Source: Octopus sinensis
Lineage: Eukaryota
DNA: 64,000 nucleotides
Assembly (NCBI RefSeq): GCF_006345805.1
Contig: NC_043000.1
Span: forward strand, 154,318,001 to 154,382,000
Direction of reading: 5' to 3'
In this document: positions 53,363-64,000 of the stretch, one piece after another
How the letters are laid out: every line of letters starts with the position of its first letter
How positions within the stretch are numbered: position 1 is the first letter of the stretch
Notes under the pieces: model-generated
Told to the model about the DNA's origin: nothing
The model's database searches: none
What the model saw: only the letters and a program-made list of their open reading frames with translations
Translations under genes and position numbers: made by a program

Positions 53363-56343
53363 TTGCATAATTCTTTGCTCTTAATCCTTGATCCAAATCA
53401 CAAAATTCCATGAAAACCTGTGATTATCTCCATCATTGTTGCATTAACCAGATGAGAGAAACCGAAATAGAGGGCATTGATCCATCACAGGCAGTTTGTT
53501 CAAACAGAAGGAATTGAATTCAACATAGCAGGCCAATAAATCAATGTTTTCACAGCCAGCAGTTATCAGTCAGATACCAGATCTCCCCACCAAAACTTCG
53601 GTTTTGGTACCTCCCTAATGTATACAAATGAAGTCTTTAATAAAAAGCAAAGTAGAATTTGCCTCCACATAATTCCTGATTTTACTATGGTGTTGGACAC
53701 ATTTAAAAAGTTTTAAACGTTACACATTTTATTAAACGCTGTAATTTTGTACCAAGCACACTCTATAAGAAACAGTGGACTAAGTCATTGAGAGTGAATA
53801 CAGACACATGTCAACATTGTATTGACTTAACTAGTGAGGAGGGCTCCTACTTCGACGCACAACCAAACTATGACAAATCTAGTGTACCGAATATGTAGGT
53901 CATTCTCAAACATTTGATCAACGACTGTTCAAACAAGCTGAATCCTCAACATATTCTGAAGAGATACTGGTATTTATAAAGGTAAAAATTGAGAGGAAAC
54001 AGAGACAAGTATTTTATGATTAATTTGCATGTGTATTGGAGTGAACTATACAAATTAATTTTCTATAATTTAAATCAAAGAAAACTGTCAGAACATGCAA
54101 TAATAATGCATATTCAGCAAAACGGTTTACAGGCGATACACAATGTTAACGAAAAAATAATCCCGAATTATGTTTAAGAATGTTTATTGTAATGTCGGCA
54201 AAGTCAAAGTTCTTAGAGAACAGATACAATCAATCCTAAAATGGATCGTTCTCAGAAAGCAAGAAGCTATTCTCAACAGCTAAATGAATGGGTCAAGTTT
54301 TTCAGCAAATCAAAGAATATTAAAAAGGAAAAACAGGTTAATTGGACCTAAGTATTAAATGGAAAAATGAGTAGAAATAACATTTCAAGCATTGCTCTTC
54401 GTCGGATAGAGGAAAGTGTCCAGAGAAGAGCGAAAAGGGAGAAGCAACAGAGTCTGGAGAAAAACACAGGTATCGTTACATGGTCAAAAAGTGCGATACC
54501 TTACTATTTTGAGAGGAGCACATTAAACAATGTAGTCCAATACATACACCTGAAGATGATATAGTTGAATCATAAGATGTATTCGATCACGGATGACAAG
54601 CTTAAATTTATTCGCCTGATCCGATGCCCAACAAGTCAAAAAATATTGAAATGAATTTTTTCTTTAGAGTTTGAAGAACCCAAGATTTCACGCTGTTTTT
54701 TCTTTTTCTTTTTTCGGAAAAGTTTATAAAATTCAATTGATCAATAAATAAATAAATAAACAACTTTTTGTGATAGACTGGTCCAAAATTAAAACCAATT
54801 AAGAAAATGTTTCCGGTATACAAGATTTTATTTTAACAGAATTCCTAAACAGACAGTAATGGTATGCGTATGCAGTGAGAATGAGTGATGGGAACCTGGA
54901 GAACAGGTTAGTAGAGGGTCAAAGCGAATGTAGAAATAGGTCAACGTGAAATTTGTATGAACTGAGAATTATGGAAACTTAAAAGAATGGCACTGGGTGA
55001 TGGTGATAGACAAGTCAGAGAGAGAGAGGGTGGGCGGCATCGAGGAAAAGTTTGAAGTTGTGAAAATATTCATCTTCAAAAAATTACGAATAAGAGTTAG
55101 ACAATTCTCTACAGTCAAACGTCAGAAAAGAAAATTAGAAAAATTAACACAAAATTCTAAGAAAGAATAATGATAATTGCAGTTAGCTTTAATTATGGCA
55201 CTAAGATTTTCAGAAGAGGAAATTGCAGAACCCCATTAAACAATGTACCTACTACCTACCTACTTTAGTTCTCGCCTGAAAGAATGGGGGGAACCTTCCG
55301 GTTTTTAAAAATAATTTAACAACAGTTGTCTAAAAGAAATTCTAAACAAGTAGAACCGGAAAGTGGAATCAAACTTAAAGAACAGTGAAAAATACTTGAG
55401 AATTAAAAAACTATTTTAAATTTCAAATTGTTCAAAATGTTAGCTGTCTTTTTAAAATTTTTTTTTAATTGAAGAAAGTTTAAGTTTCGTTTTTAATGAA
55501 TTTATTTTGTAAATTACATACTACCGAAAGTTATTTTAAAAACCGATATTTTTTTTTCTTATATCGAATAAGGGATCATTTGATCATCTAAAGTAGACAG
55601 ACTTTTTCTAGTTATTCAAACGAAAATGCTGTAAACATTCCTAAGATGCTTTTTAAGTGACTTCACACATGAAGTGATAAGCCTCATTTTACAGGAGTGG
55701 GGTTATTTATATCGCACAGCTTGAAAGTTAGCCGTCAAATATACCGAAATATATTAAGAAAACAAAATCAATTTTGTCTTTTTAATGTCAAAAGTCATTA
55801 TTCCAATATAAGACGATTCGAACGAGGGTTACAGAAAGATGGGGGAAAAAAAAAGAAACTGAGTAAAACGAACGTCTAGTTGAGGCCATGACTAGAGTGT
55901 AAGACGACCACTAAACAACCACTTGATAGATCCAACTGATGAAGAACAAGTATAAACTTTCGTCCGTTTTATAAGCAAGTTCTAGCCACCTCTTTAACAC
56001 TATGCGCAGTTCCAAAAAAGGACGATAACCAACTCGAAAGCGTGTATGGCCTGCCAGGAACACTTTCAAAGTTCGAACGTATAGTGGTTGCTTATTCACT
56101 TTCAACAGAATTTAAAAATAAAAATACTTCTACAAAAACTTGTACCTTCCATCTGAGAACCAGGGGACTGGCTATTCAACAAAAAGATTGAAATACAAAT
56201 TTGTTCTTTAAATGTAGTAATAAAAGATCACCCCAAAGAGCGAAAAGTCAACTATTTAAATGTATACAAATGAAGTGAGTGGTTTATACAATAACCACCA
56301 TTGAAGAGGAAAAGACAGAGAAAAACTGAGACGGTTAACTTAC

Positions 56344-56482
56344 CGAGGGCTTCGACTAGTTGTAACATAACCCCGCCGATATGCAGGTCACCTTTCACTC
56401 GAAGAGCTATATCGACATTTAAATCAGTCACGTTAATATTCAGCTGCCAAGAGCCATCGATATATCCATTATCGGACATCAT
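56344..56482 (-). CDS. FERMT2: Kindlin/fermitin family (unc-112/FERMT-like), first coding exon (F0 domain start)
   Basis: Translates as [46 protein letters not shown], the kindlin F0 signature (W.L...[14 protein letters not shown]). ATG at 56482 in AAG-ATG context. Donor G|GTAAGT at 56344/56343 (phase 1). The symbol is family-level only; invertebrate kindlins are not 1:1 with FERMT2. Confidence 0.93.
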
Positions 56483-56526
56483 CTTGGACACTCACTTTAG
56501 GGGAACTTATTAGGTCCACTCACGTT
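56483..56526 (-). other. 5' UTR part of the first coding exon (implies an upstream non-coding exon)
   Basis: The minus strand reads ttgtttttcattattattgtag|AACGTG, an acceptor 44 nt upstream of the ATG. Confidence 0.55.
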
Positions 56527-57126
56527 CTACAATAATAATGAAAAACAATTATTTTTAAACAACATTCAATATTGTAAAATTTAATTACGAAATACATACA
56601 CAAGGCTTCGTCCGTAATTGAATGGGAGGGAATGCGATTTCAAGAAATTTCAGGGTTTTTTTTTTACTGATCAAAATAAAGTTAAGATGTAAATCCAGGC
56701 TAAATTACTGTGTATTATTTTGTTTATATGCATTGTGCATCTGTTATACAGTAGCAAACGTGCCGGCAATAAATTCCTGATGTCGAGATAACAACTTAAT
56801 CACAAATAGCTCGTTATATGGATCCCTTATCTTCCCTAAAGTTGTATTATAAAGATAACGATCTGTCAATAAACTTATATCTAACTTATAAAGAAAAATA
56901 TGCAGTTTTGTCCCAGGTCAGCTCTAAATAAGCAAAATTATAACGAAAAGCGTCCCAACCGTAACCATCCTGTTCAGTTGCGTAGCCAGGACCAATATAC
57001 GGTTGGGTGCGATGTAAGAAATTTAGTAACTATTTCTAGCAAGTCGCACAACCACATAAAAGCACTCTAGTTGGTTTATGATTTGTGTGTACGATAACAA
57101 ATTGTACATGTATGTGGTACGTGTGA

Positions 57127-57267
57127 GGTTGACTTTGCCTTTCATCCTTTCGGGGTCGATAAATTAAGTACCAGCTATGCACTGGGGTCGATGTAATCGA
57201 CTTAATCAGTTTGTTTGTCCTTGTTTGTCCCCTCTGCGTTTAGCCCCTTGTGGGTAATAAAGAAATA
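57127..57267 (+). mobile_element. 5'-truncated Nin-domain SINE (family B) with 11-bp TSD
   Basis: GGTACGTGTGA at 57116-57126 and 57268-57278; the body matches the 29.3-kb copy. Confidence 0.85.
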
Positions 57268-58354
57268 GGTACGTGTGAAGTATTTGACAGAGAACATGTA
57301 TGAATGTATGACAGCTAAAAATATATCTAACTTCACACAGGAGTGTAAGGTTTTGTCAGACCAATTGTTTTTAATACTGAACACCGATCACAAAAAGAAA
57401 AAAATATATACATTTGCGTTGCTGTTAACAAACTTTCACACACGTAAACTTTGTCTGACATGACAAGTTTTAAAAGGAAATAACTGCTCGATCAGCATGA
57501 CAGGGGTGCGAAACTGGGACAGCGGCTTCCATAGGAAATATACAAACACCGGTTAAAATATCGCCCCACTACAGCTGTCATCGTTGATGATGATGGTAAT
57601 AAGCCCTGCACGGCTCTATTTTAACAGATCTATGATGTTAATTGCCATGATCATTTAAAATCACCAACTCATTTTGCAGTAGATACATCATTACAATTAC
57701 ATAGCCATAACATGTCGGTTTCAACTGCGTATATATATATCCATGCTTACATAGATCTGCATATAAATGGGAAAGAATGTGTTGTTTAATCCAATGACTT
57801 ATCAAATGCTGTCTAGACGTGACCAACCCATATTTTCTTTTAGGCAGTGTACTCTCCAGTATCCAAAATATCCATTTGTTTAAGACGATGTGAGGGTAAT
57901 TGGTTGTTATTTCTAGCAGACTACGCAATCACATAGAGACACTCTCGTAAATGTGAGTGAGTGAGTGAGACAGACTGCTTATTTCACTGCATATGTACTT
58001 GTGTAGCTTGACCCATCGGAGTACAATAAGCGGTGACGGTAGAAGTGAAAAGAGGTAACTTTCGTGAAGTATTTTCGTGAACCAATTAGTCGAAAAAAAA
58101 AATATATATAAAACTCCAGATAAAATCGATAATTGTTTTGTAACGGGTACCTTTTGAAAAAAAGTTGACAATTTGTTTTTAAAAATGTTTTCCAACCTTC
58201 TGCAATTTCTTCCAGGATTTAAAAAAAATAAATAAATATCAATGAGATGCCCGACTGGCTGCTGTGAGTCCAGAGGCCAGGACGAGTAAAGTAAAAGAGA
58301 CGGTTAGTAAGCCATTTGTTAAGCAACTTGCTCTGGTCACTGCTAAGTGCGCTG

Positions 58355-58405
58355 CCGTATGACGTAGTATGTGGAGCAGGAGAAACTAGCGATCTGATTG
58401 GCTGC
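58355..58405 (-). promoter_or_regulatory. Candidate kindlin promoter elements: NF-Y CCAAT box and CRE-like site
   Basis: AGCCAATCAG on the minus strand (58394-58403) and TGACGTA at 58360-58366, in a CpG-retaining, TE-poor stretch about 1.9 kb upstream of the ATG exon, next to a long polypyrimidine/polypurine tract. Confidence 0.45.
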
Positions 58406-58858
58406 CTCAACATCCTTCTCATTCTATTTATTCCTTCTCTCTCCTCTTCTCCCCCCTCCTACATATTTCCGTTCTTTTTTTCCTTCACGATTTTTTCTAG
58501 CTTTTTTTCTGATTGTCAATTACTTTTCTCTCTCTCTCTCTATCTCTTTCACTTACTCACTCTCTATCTATCTATCTATCTCTCTCACACTTACTCACTC
58601 ATTCACTTCTCCCCCTCCCTCATTCGACTCTTATATTTATTCGTCCTGCTTGTTTTTTTATTCCCTCTTTACATCTTATCTTTCCTTGCTTTCCTTTTCT
58701 TTTCTTTATTTCTCTTAATACCTTTTTAGTTATGTGTGTACGTGCTGCTTATGTGTGTCACAAACGTTTATTTCCTCCTCTTCTAGACACTTTGTACATG
58801 TTTAATTGTTTTTCGCATGTCTTTGAGTCTCGTTTCGTTCACTGTGAAAGTACCTTTT

Positions 58859-58897
<39 letters not shown>

Positions 58898-59999
58898 GAA
58901 GGTTATGAATGTAATTCTACTGTTCCTCCGCTTCCTATATACTACAAGCACCTTTTTTTTACGTCTTTTCTTTTTCCCTTACCATCCCCTTTCCTCCTGA
59001 AGTGTTTCGACTTCATTCTTTTCTGTTTACAACTCTTCTTTCTTTACCCCACTCCTTCGTCATATCGTTAAGGATTGCCTTCTATGGTCATTGACGATTC
59101 CAGCAATTCCCTCTCTCGGGGATGCTTGAGCAGCAGCAGGAGGCGAAAGAGGGAACAAATACATACACACACACCTCTTGCGTTTTATGTGTGTGTGTGA
59201 GTGTGTGTGTGCATTCATCTGTTTATATATTTCGTGAACGTTTAATCAAATCTATTTGAATTTACGCTTCTGTCTGTCAATTTCTGACTGAAGAAATCGA
59301 AAAAAGAAAATGAATGGATGCAGAAGACAATACAAAGAAAAAAAGTTTATTTATATTTATGTACAGGAGTGTTAAAAGTTTATTGATAAATCCGCAACAC
59401 ACAAAACGAAGCAACTGATTATTCAAAGCGAAGTGGGTAAGGCTGAGAAAATGTTATATATGATGTGTGGTCATCAGAGGAGAAGAAAGGGTGTACAAAA
59501 GCAGGATGTTAGGACCTACCGGTTGGCAAAAGGGTGGGAACATTACGTTTGGTAGTGAGAGAAACAGAATTGTTAATGAAACAAATCTAAATAGGTCTGA
59601 AATGCGTTCATTTAATCCCACTGACTTTTTATTTCTAAAGACAGGCGCATAAGTTTTGCCATTACAGCCGATAAGAGGTCAACCCGCGCTCGCAGAACAA
59701 GTTGGTAAATAGAATATTGTAATCAATAATGCCGTGATTGATACATGGTTCAACTCCAATCAGTGAGCCTGTTGCGCTTTTTGATCTCAAATCGTTTATA
59801 AAGTGTAATATTAATTTTCATTAAAATTCTAGCAGTTATTTCGTAATATCTCCGAATCACTCATTTTTGTTTTAATTTTTTAAATTAATGTTAATTTAGT
59901 TTTGAACGCGTATTTTTTCTATCATTTGAGTGCGCTTTGCAACCTCGTAGCTTTAGATTCAGTCTGACTGCGCGCCACCTTAAGCAAGTTTCTTATCCT

Positions 60000-60372
60000 G
60001 GGAAGACTTCCGCCAGTCCTCCATGCCCCATTTTCTCCCAAATTTGTTTAGTAATTTTTTTTTTTTTTTTTGGTCAAAAACCCCCGTTTTTCGATACGGA
60101 GGTTCCGGAAAATTGCCAAAAATCGGCATTTTCCCCCAACACTAATCCTAACCGTAACTACAGAAATGTTTTGAAATTTTTGTCAGAATCGTAATGCCCA
60201 TATTTTTCCGCATATTTAGAAAAAAAAAAAGAAATTCTTAAAAAAATTTTACGAAATTTTTGGGAAATTTATTTCAGAATCATAATCTCCGTATTTTTCC
60301 GCATATTTATGGGGGGGGGGGGTAAAAGAAAAAGGGGTGGTTTTTTGGTGGGGCACAGGTGGAAGTCTTACC
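60000..60372. mobile_element. MITE with GG..CC termini and 8-bp TSD (Merlin-like), inserted in a family A SINE
   Basis: GGGAAGACTTCCGCCAGT / CAGGTGGAAGTCTTACC; TSD CTTATCCT / CTTATCAT. Confidence 0.65.
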
Positions 60373-60439
60373 CTTATCATAATTCCGGGCTAACCAGTGC
60401 CTTGAGAGCGAATTTGGTGGATGGAAGCTGAAAGAAGCC

Positions 60440-60494
<55 letters not shown>

Positions 60495-60753
60495 CGTGGG
60501 AGAACCCAAAAGTTACCGGAAACATTCTCTGTGGGACAAGCCCTTTTGTAGTTCGGGCTTCCGCCGCAAGAAGCCACTTGATGCGACCATCAGGCATCAG
60601 TCTGCCGACCGGCGTCGTCTAGTGTAGCCCTACTGCCACGTGGTACGTTTTTGTTTTGCAGTGCTTCTCCCCTGTTCGTCAATTTTTGCGATGGCTGAAA
60701 AGAAGGAACAGCGTGCTTCAGTGAAATTCTGTTTTCTGCTGCAGAAAACGACT

Positions 60754-61558
60754 GGAATCTAGTTGATTTGGTTGCTAGCATTTCAAAAATTAAAGTGTAT
60801 CGAAAAATTTTTAATTTGGTACGTTAATATACTTTTCCAAGCTGAATTGCTGGAGTTGTTTCACTTTTTCTAGAAAAAAATGTTTTCTTTTTAAGTTATA
60901 TAAGTTTAAAGATTGATCATTTTCACCCAGTCAGGAAACAGGATTTGGAAGCTGTCATTTTGCGCATGACTGCATGTGCTGTCAACATTCTCAAAATAGC
61001 TCGTGTTTTTATATGAAACTAAACAAATCAAATTCTGCTTAATGTACGACATATAACCTCTCATAACTTTTTTAAAATTTGGAATTTTGCAGAAAATTAT
61101 TGCAAATTTGTACTCAGCACATGGGAATTCATAAGATTATGCAAAAAAAAAATAATAATAATGATGGTGGGGCGTGATTTAAGGCCTATTTAGCTGTTAT
61201 TTTTAGCACATCACACGACCAGGGTACAAGCAACAGATAGGCACAAGGTACAGAACACAGCGTCAATGCGCGTAGCATCGCGTAGAATATATTTGTCAAC
61301 ACACATGCTTTCTAGTTGGTAAAAGAGTTCTCATGTTTGGCTTGTTACTATGGAAACAGGCATGAATGTGTTTGTGGCTTACGATTGGCTAAAATTACCC
61401 AAAATTTTCAAACTTTAATTGCTAATAACTCTTTATTTATTAATTTACAGCGAAAATGATTTTCACGTCATTCATTAGTCTATAAAAGTGTATCATTACA
61501 CTAAATATGAAATCAATTCGAACTGAAATTGATGCTGGCAACCAAACCAACTAGATCC
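60754..61558. mobile_element. MITE with GGATCT-type termini inserted in the mariner ORF
   Basis: TIR GGAATCTAGTTGATTTGGTTGCTAGCA / TGCTGGCAACCAAACCAACTAGATCC; TSD AACGACT / AACGATT. Removing it restores the transposase frame. Confidence 0.75.
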
Positions 61559-62131
61559 AACGATTGCCAAAACAGTTGCCATGCTTCAAACAGTTTACAA
61601 GAACGCTGCCATGAGCAGAATACAAGTTTACGAATGGTTTCCACACTTTAGGAATGGTCACTTGTCGCTTGAAGACCAATCTCGTTCAGGACGACCTCCC
61701 GAACGATTGAAAACAGCATGAAAGTTCCTGAACTAATCTTGGAGGACCGTTAGTGAACAATTGACGAACTTGTTGATATGACTGGTATGTCCTGGAGCTT
61801 CTGCCAACGAATTTTGAGCGAGTAATTGCGAATGAAGAGTTGCAGCAACATTTGTACATCGCTTACGGAAGATCAAAAGCAGTCACGGTTGAAAGTTGAT
61901 CAGGACCTTTTCTCGAAAGTCATCACCGGAGATGGAAGCTGGTACTACGGAATTTTCGGATGTGGAAGAGGTGAAGAAAAAAACGACAGAGGCGTTAAAA
62001 GGCATCGCCTCGCTAGAGTTCCAGCACTGCTTCGAATAGTGGAAAACGAGTCTGAACTGGTGCATTGCTTCAAATGGAGAATACTCTGAAGGCGATAAAA
62101 GTATAAATATGTAAAACTAAGTGAATAAAAT

Positions 62132-62393
62132 GTTTGTTACTTCACGAGCCGTGCCTGGCTCATAAGGACCGGTTTCCTGGTTTCCTTGGCGTATAGGTTC
62201 CCCACTTGGATGCGACGACGGTCCGTCGCAGGTGAGCTGCAAGATGCAGGAGGAAAGAGTGATAGAAAGTTGTGGCGAAAGAAGTTCGCCATTACCTTCT
62301 GCGAGAGCCGCGTGGAGCTTAGGTGTTTCGTTCATAAACACACACATCGCCCGGTCTGAGATTCGAACCCGCGAGTCCTCTGCTCCAACCACT
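62132..62393 (-). mobile_element. tRNA-derived SINE related to family C, with a different tail and 12-bp TSD
   Basis: B box GGTTCGAATCTC; TSD AGTGAATAAAAT at 62120-62131 and 62394-62405. Confidence 0.8.
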
Positions 62394-62709
62394 AGTGAAT
62401 AAAATAACATTGCAAAATTCCAGTTTCTTTTGGGTTCCCCTCGTACATATATATATAGTAAGAGGAGGGATGTAATATCTAGGCAGATACCGAGTTTCTT
62501 TGAGTAAAATGCTAAGACAGGTTCCTTCAGATGGGCATTAAAAAAATTTTTTTTTTTTTTGGCAGCGAGGTAAACTTCCTTTAGCTCCCATCCGATATTA
62601 CAGTTTATTCCTTGACTACTTTGAGTGTAAAGTACAATATTGATAATAAAGAGAATGAAGAATTTGAACATTCAAATTTTGTTTATTTCCAATTAGCTTA
62701 TTCCTAATA

Positions 62710-62806
62710 ATTCTCTGACACGTATTTCGATCGCACTAACTGCATATTGCGACATGTTTATATGCAGCAATTTATGCATTATTAGTACGATCTCTTCAGG
62801 GTAATA
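62710..62806 (-). ncRNA. Hammerhead ribozyme motif with long stem II (Penelope-like relic)
   Basis: Minus strand CTGAAGA-GATCGTACTAA[...]TTAGTGCGATC-GAAA-TACGTG-TC: 11-bp stem II and GUC triplet; stem I is degenerate. Confidence 0.6.
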
Positions 62807-62859
62807 TAAGTATGACATTGTACGAAGAGGAACATTATTTTCAATATTATACACACACG

Positions 62860-63070
62860 TATGTATGTATGTGTGCGTCTTTGTGTCCGCCTCCCTTCCA
62901 TCGCTTGACAACCAGTGTTAGTTTGTTTACACCCCTGTAACCAAGCGGTTCAGCAAAAGAGACCGGAAGAATAAGTACCAAGCTTTAAAAAACGAAGTAG
63001 TGCGTCGACGTGTCCGAGTCGGTGCCCCTGCATGGCCACAGTCCAATAACCGAAACAAATAAAAGATAAC
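62860..63070 (+). mobile_element. 3' half of an old family A SINE whose 5' half lies at about 59930-60445
   Basis: Resumes at the (TG)n / CGCTTGACAACC..TG point where the 5' half stopped. Confidence 0.65.
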
Positions 63071-64000
63071 AGATACAATCTTAATTACCTGCTTTTATCT
63101 TGTATAAAACCAATAAAAGAAAGCAAAACTTAAACATTATAAAACTAACGTTGTACCCGTTAAAAATGACAGAGTCTTGTTTGAATATGGAATTTATTAT
63201 CAAAACATAAAATACATTATAATGAACAAGTGGATTTTTACGATAATCTTTGTGAAGTCGAGCAGTTTCTCTAACACTGTCTGACTCACAAATTCTTGAA
63301 AACTCCGAATTACATCATCCTTTTTCTGGGTTTCATTTTCTCATACGCTTCCCTTAGCTTTCATTTCTCGCACCAATCGCTGCCATCTTTCATCCAAATC
63401 TTTCATGCGCGTTTTTTTTTTTTACATTACTTTTAAAATATCAAAAGATTTCTTTCCGTGCAATGATAAAAATAGACTACAGGGCAAGTGTTTGGGACCG
63501 AGAATAAAATTCCAATAAATTGATTCAATGAAAAAATAAATCGGTAGCATAGATTCGGAGATTCTCCATATGCAGATGTTATTCCACTAAAATTGTTAGC
63601 AGTGACAGAAACGACAAACTGCAGGATCACAGTAAATGAGATATGTAGAGAAGTGTGTTGTGGAGGAGGCCGGTTGAGAGAGAGAGAAAGAGACAGAGAG
63701 AGAGGGAGAGCGAGAGGGAGAGAGAGACAGACAGATTCAGTATGAGATGAGGCGTTCAAAATAAAAGTAAAATTATTATAAGGACGATAAAAACTGTGAT
63801 TAGTGCTTTGTACGACAGCGATTAGCATTTGCCTTTTCCTTTAATCCATGTTTTAATTTTCTTCCTTGCCCATCCTTTTAATATCATCATCATCATCATC
63901 ATCATTATCATCAAGTCGATGCCAACTGGGAAACTCGGACTATCATACAGCCTTTCTGAAACGGAAATTGGAGCATCGGGTGAGAGGACGTTCGCTACTG

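Larger units (their letters stand above)
7174..56343 (-). other. 49.2-kb GT-AG intron of the kindlin gene
   Basis: The phase-1 donor at 56343 and acceptor at 7174 join two contiguous kindlin peptide segments in frame. Confidence 0.88.
60495..62443 (+). mobile_element. Decayed mariner transposon (internally deleted transposase pseudogene)
   Basis: TA TSD. TIRs CGTGGGAGAACCCAAAAGTTACCGGAA / TTCCAGTTTCTTTTGGGTTCCCCTCG. Relics EQRASVKFCF..KT.AKTVAMLQTVY...VYEWF..F.NG..SLEDQSRSGRP, KVITGDGSWYYG and WCIASNGEYSEGD. Confidence 0.88.

Noticed and set aside
54546-54585. ACAC-CTGAAGA-TGAT...ATCA hammerhead-like motif
   Set aside because: TAAG stands in place of GAAA and stems I and III are absent.
58316-59071. 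Overlapping Leu/Phe/Ser-rich membrane-like ORFs
   Set aside because: Artefacts of a CT-rich low-complexity tract.

Overview
AT-rich, repeat-dense animal DNA. The repeat repertoire (tRNA-headed SINEs with internal microsatellites, Nin-domain SINEs) points to an octopus or other coleoid cephalopod; this is inference. The only host gene I can support is a kindlin/fermitin (unc-112/FERMT) gene on the minus strand. Its first coding exon (56344-56482) and second coding exon (6940-7173) are joined across a 49,170-bp phase-1 GT-AG intron. A likely CCAAT/CRE promoter lies near 58.4 kb, and the rest of the gene lies beyond the left edge of the window. Nearly all other ORFs in the track are repeat or microsatellite artefacts. 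The intron and upstream region hold at least four SINE-like families, RTE and CR1 LINE relics, mariner and pogo relics, hAT, piggyBac-like and Merlin-like MITEs, and Helitron/Helentron-type elements. The main leads are RNA-level. (i) A palindromic element at about 42.9-43.4 kb consists of two head-to-head tRNA-like Pol III heads, each followed by a hammerhead-ribozyme core, resembling a Pol III-driven Penelope-type SINE or retrozyme. (ii) Two further, sequence-unrelated hammerhead motifs lie at 26.5 kb and 62.7 kb. (iii) A CR1 LINE 3' end shares its tail stem-loop with the dominant SINE. (iv) A repeat family carries tandem double-hairpin modules. All analysis was by eye; no searches were run.
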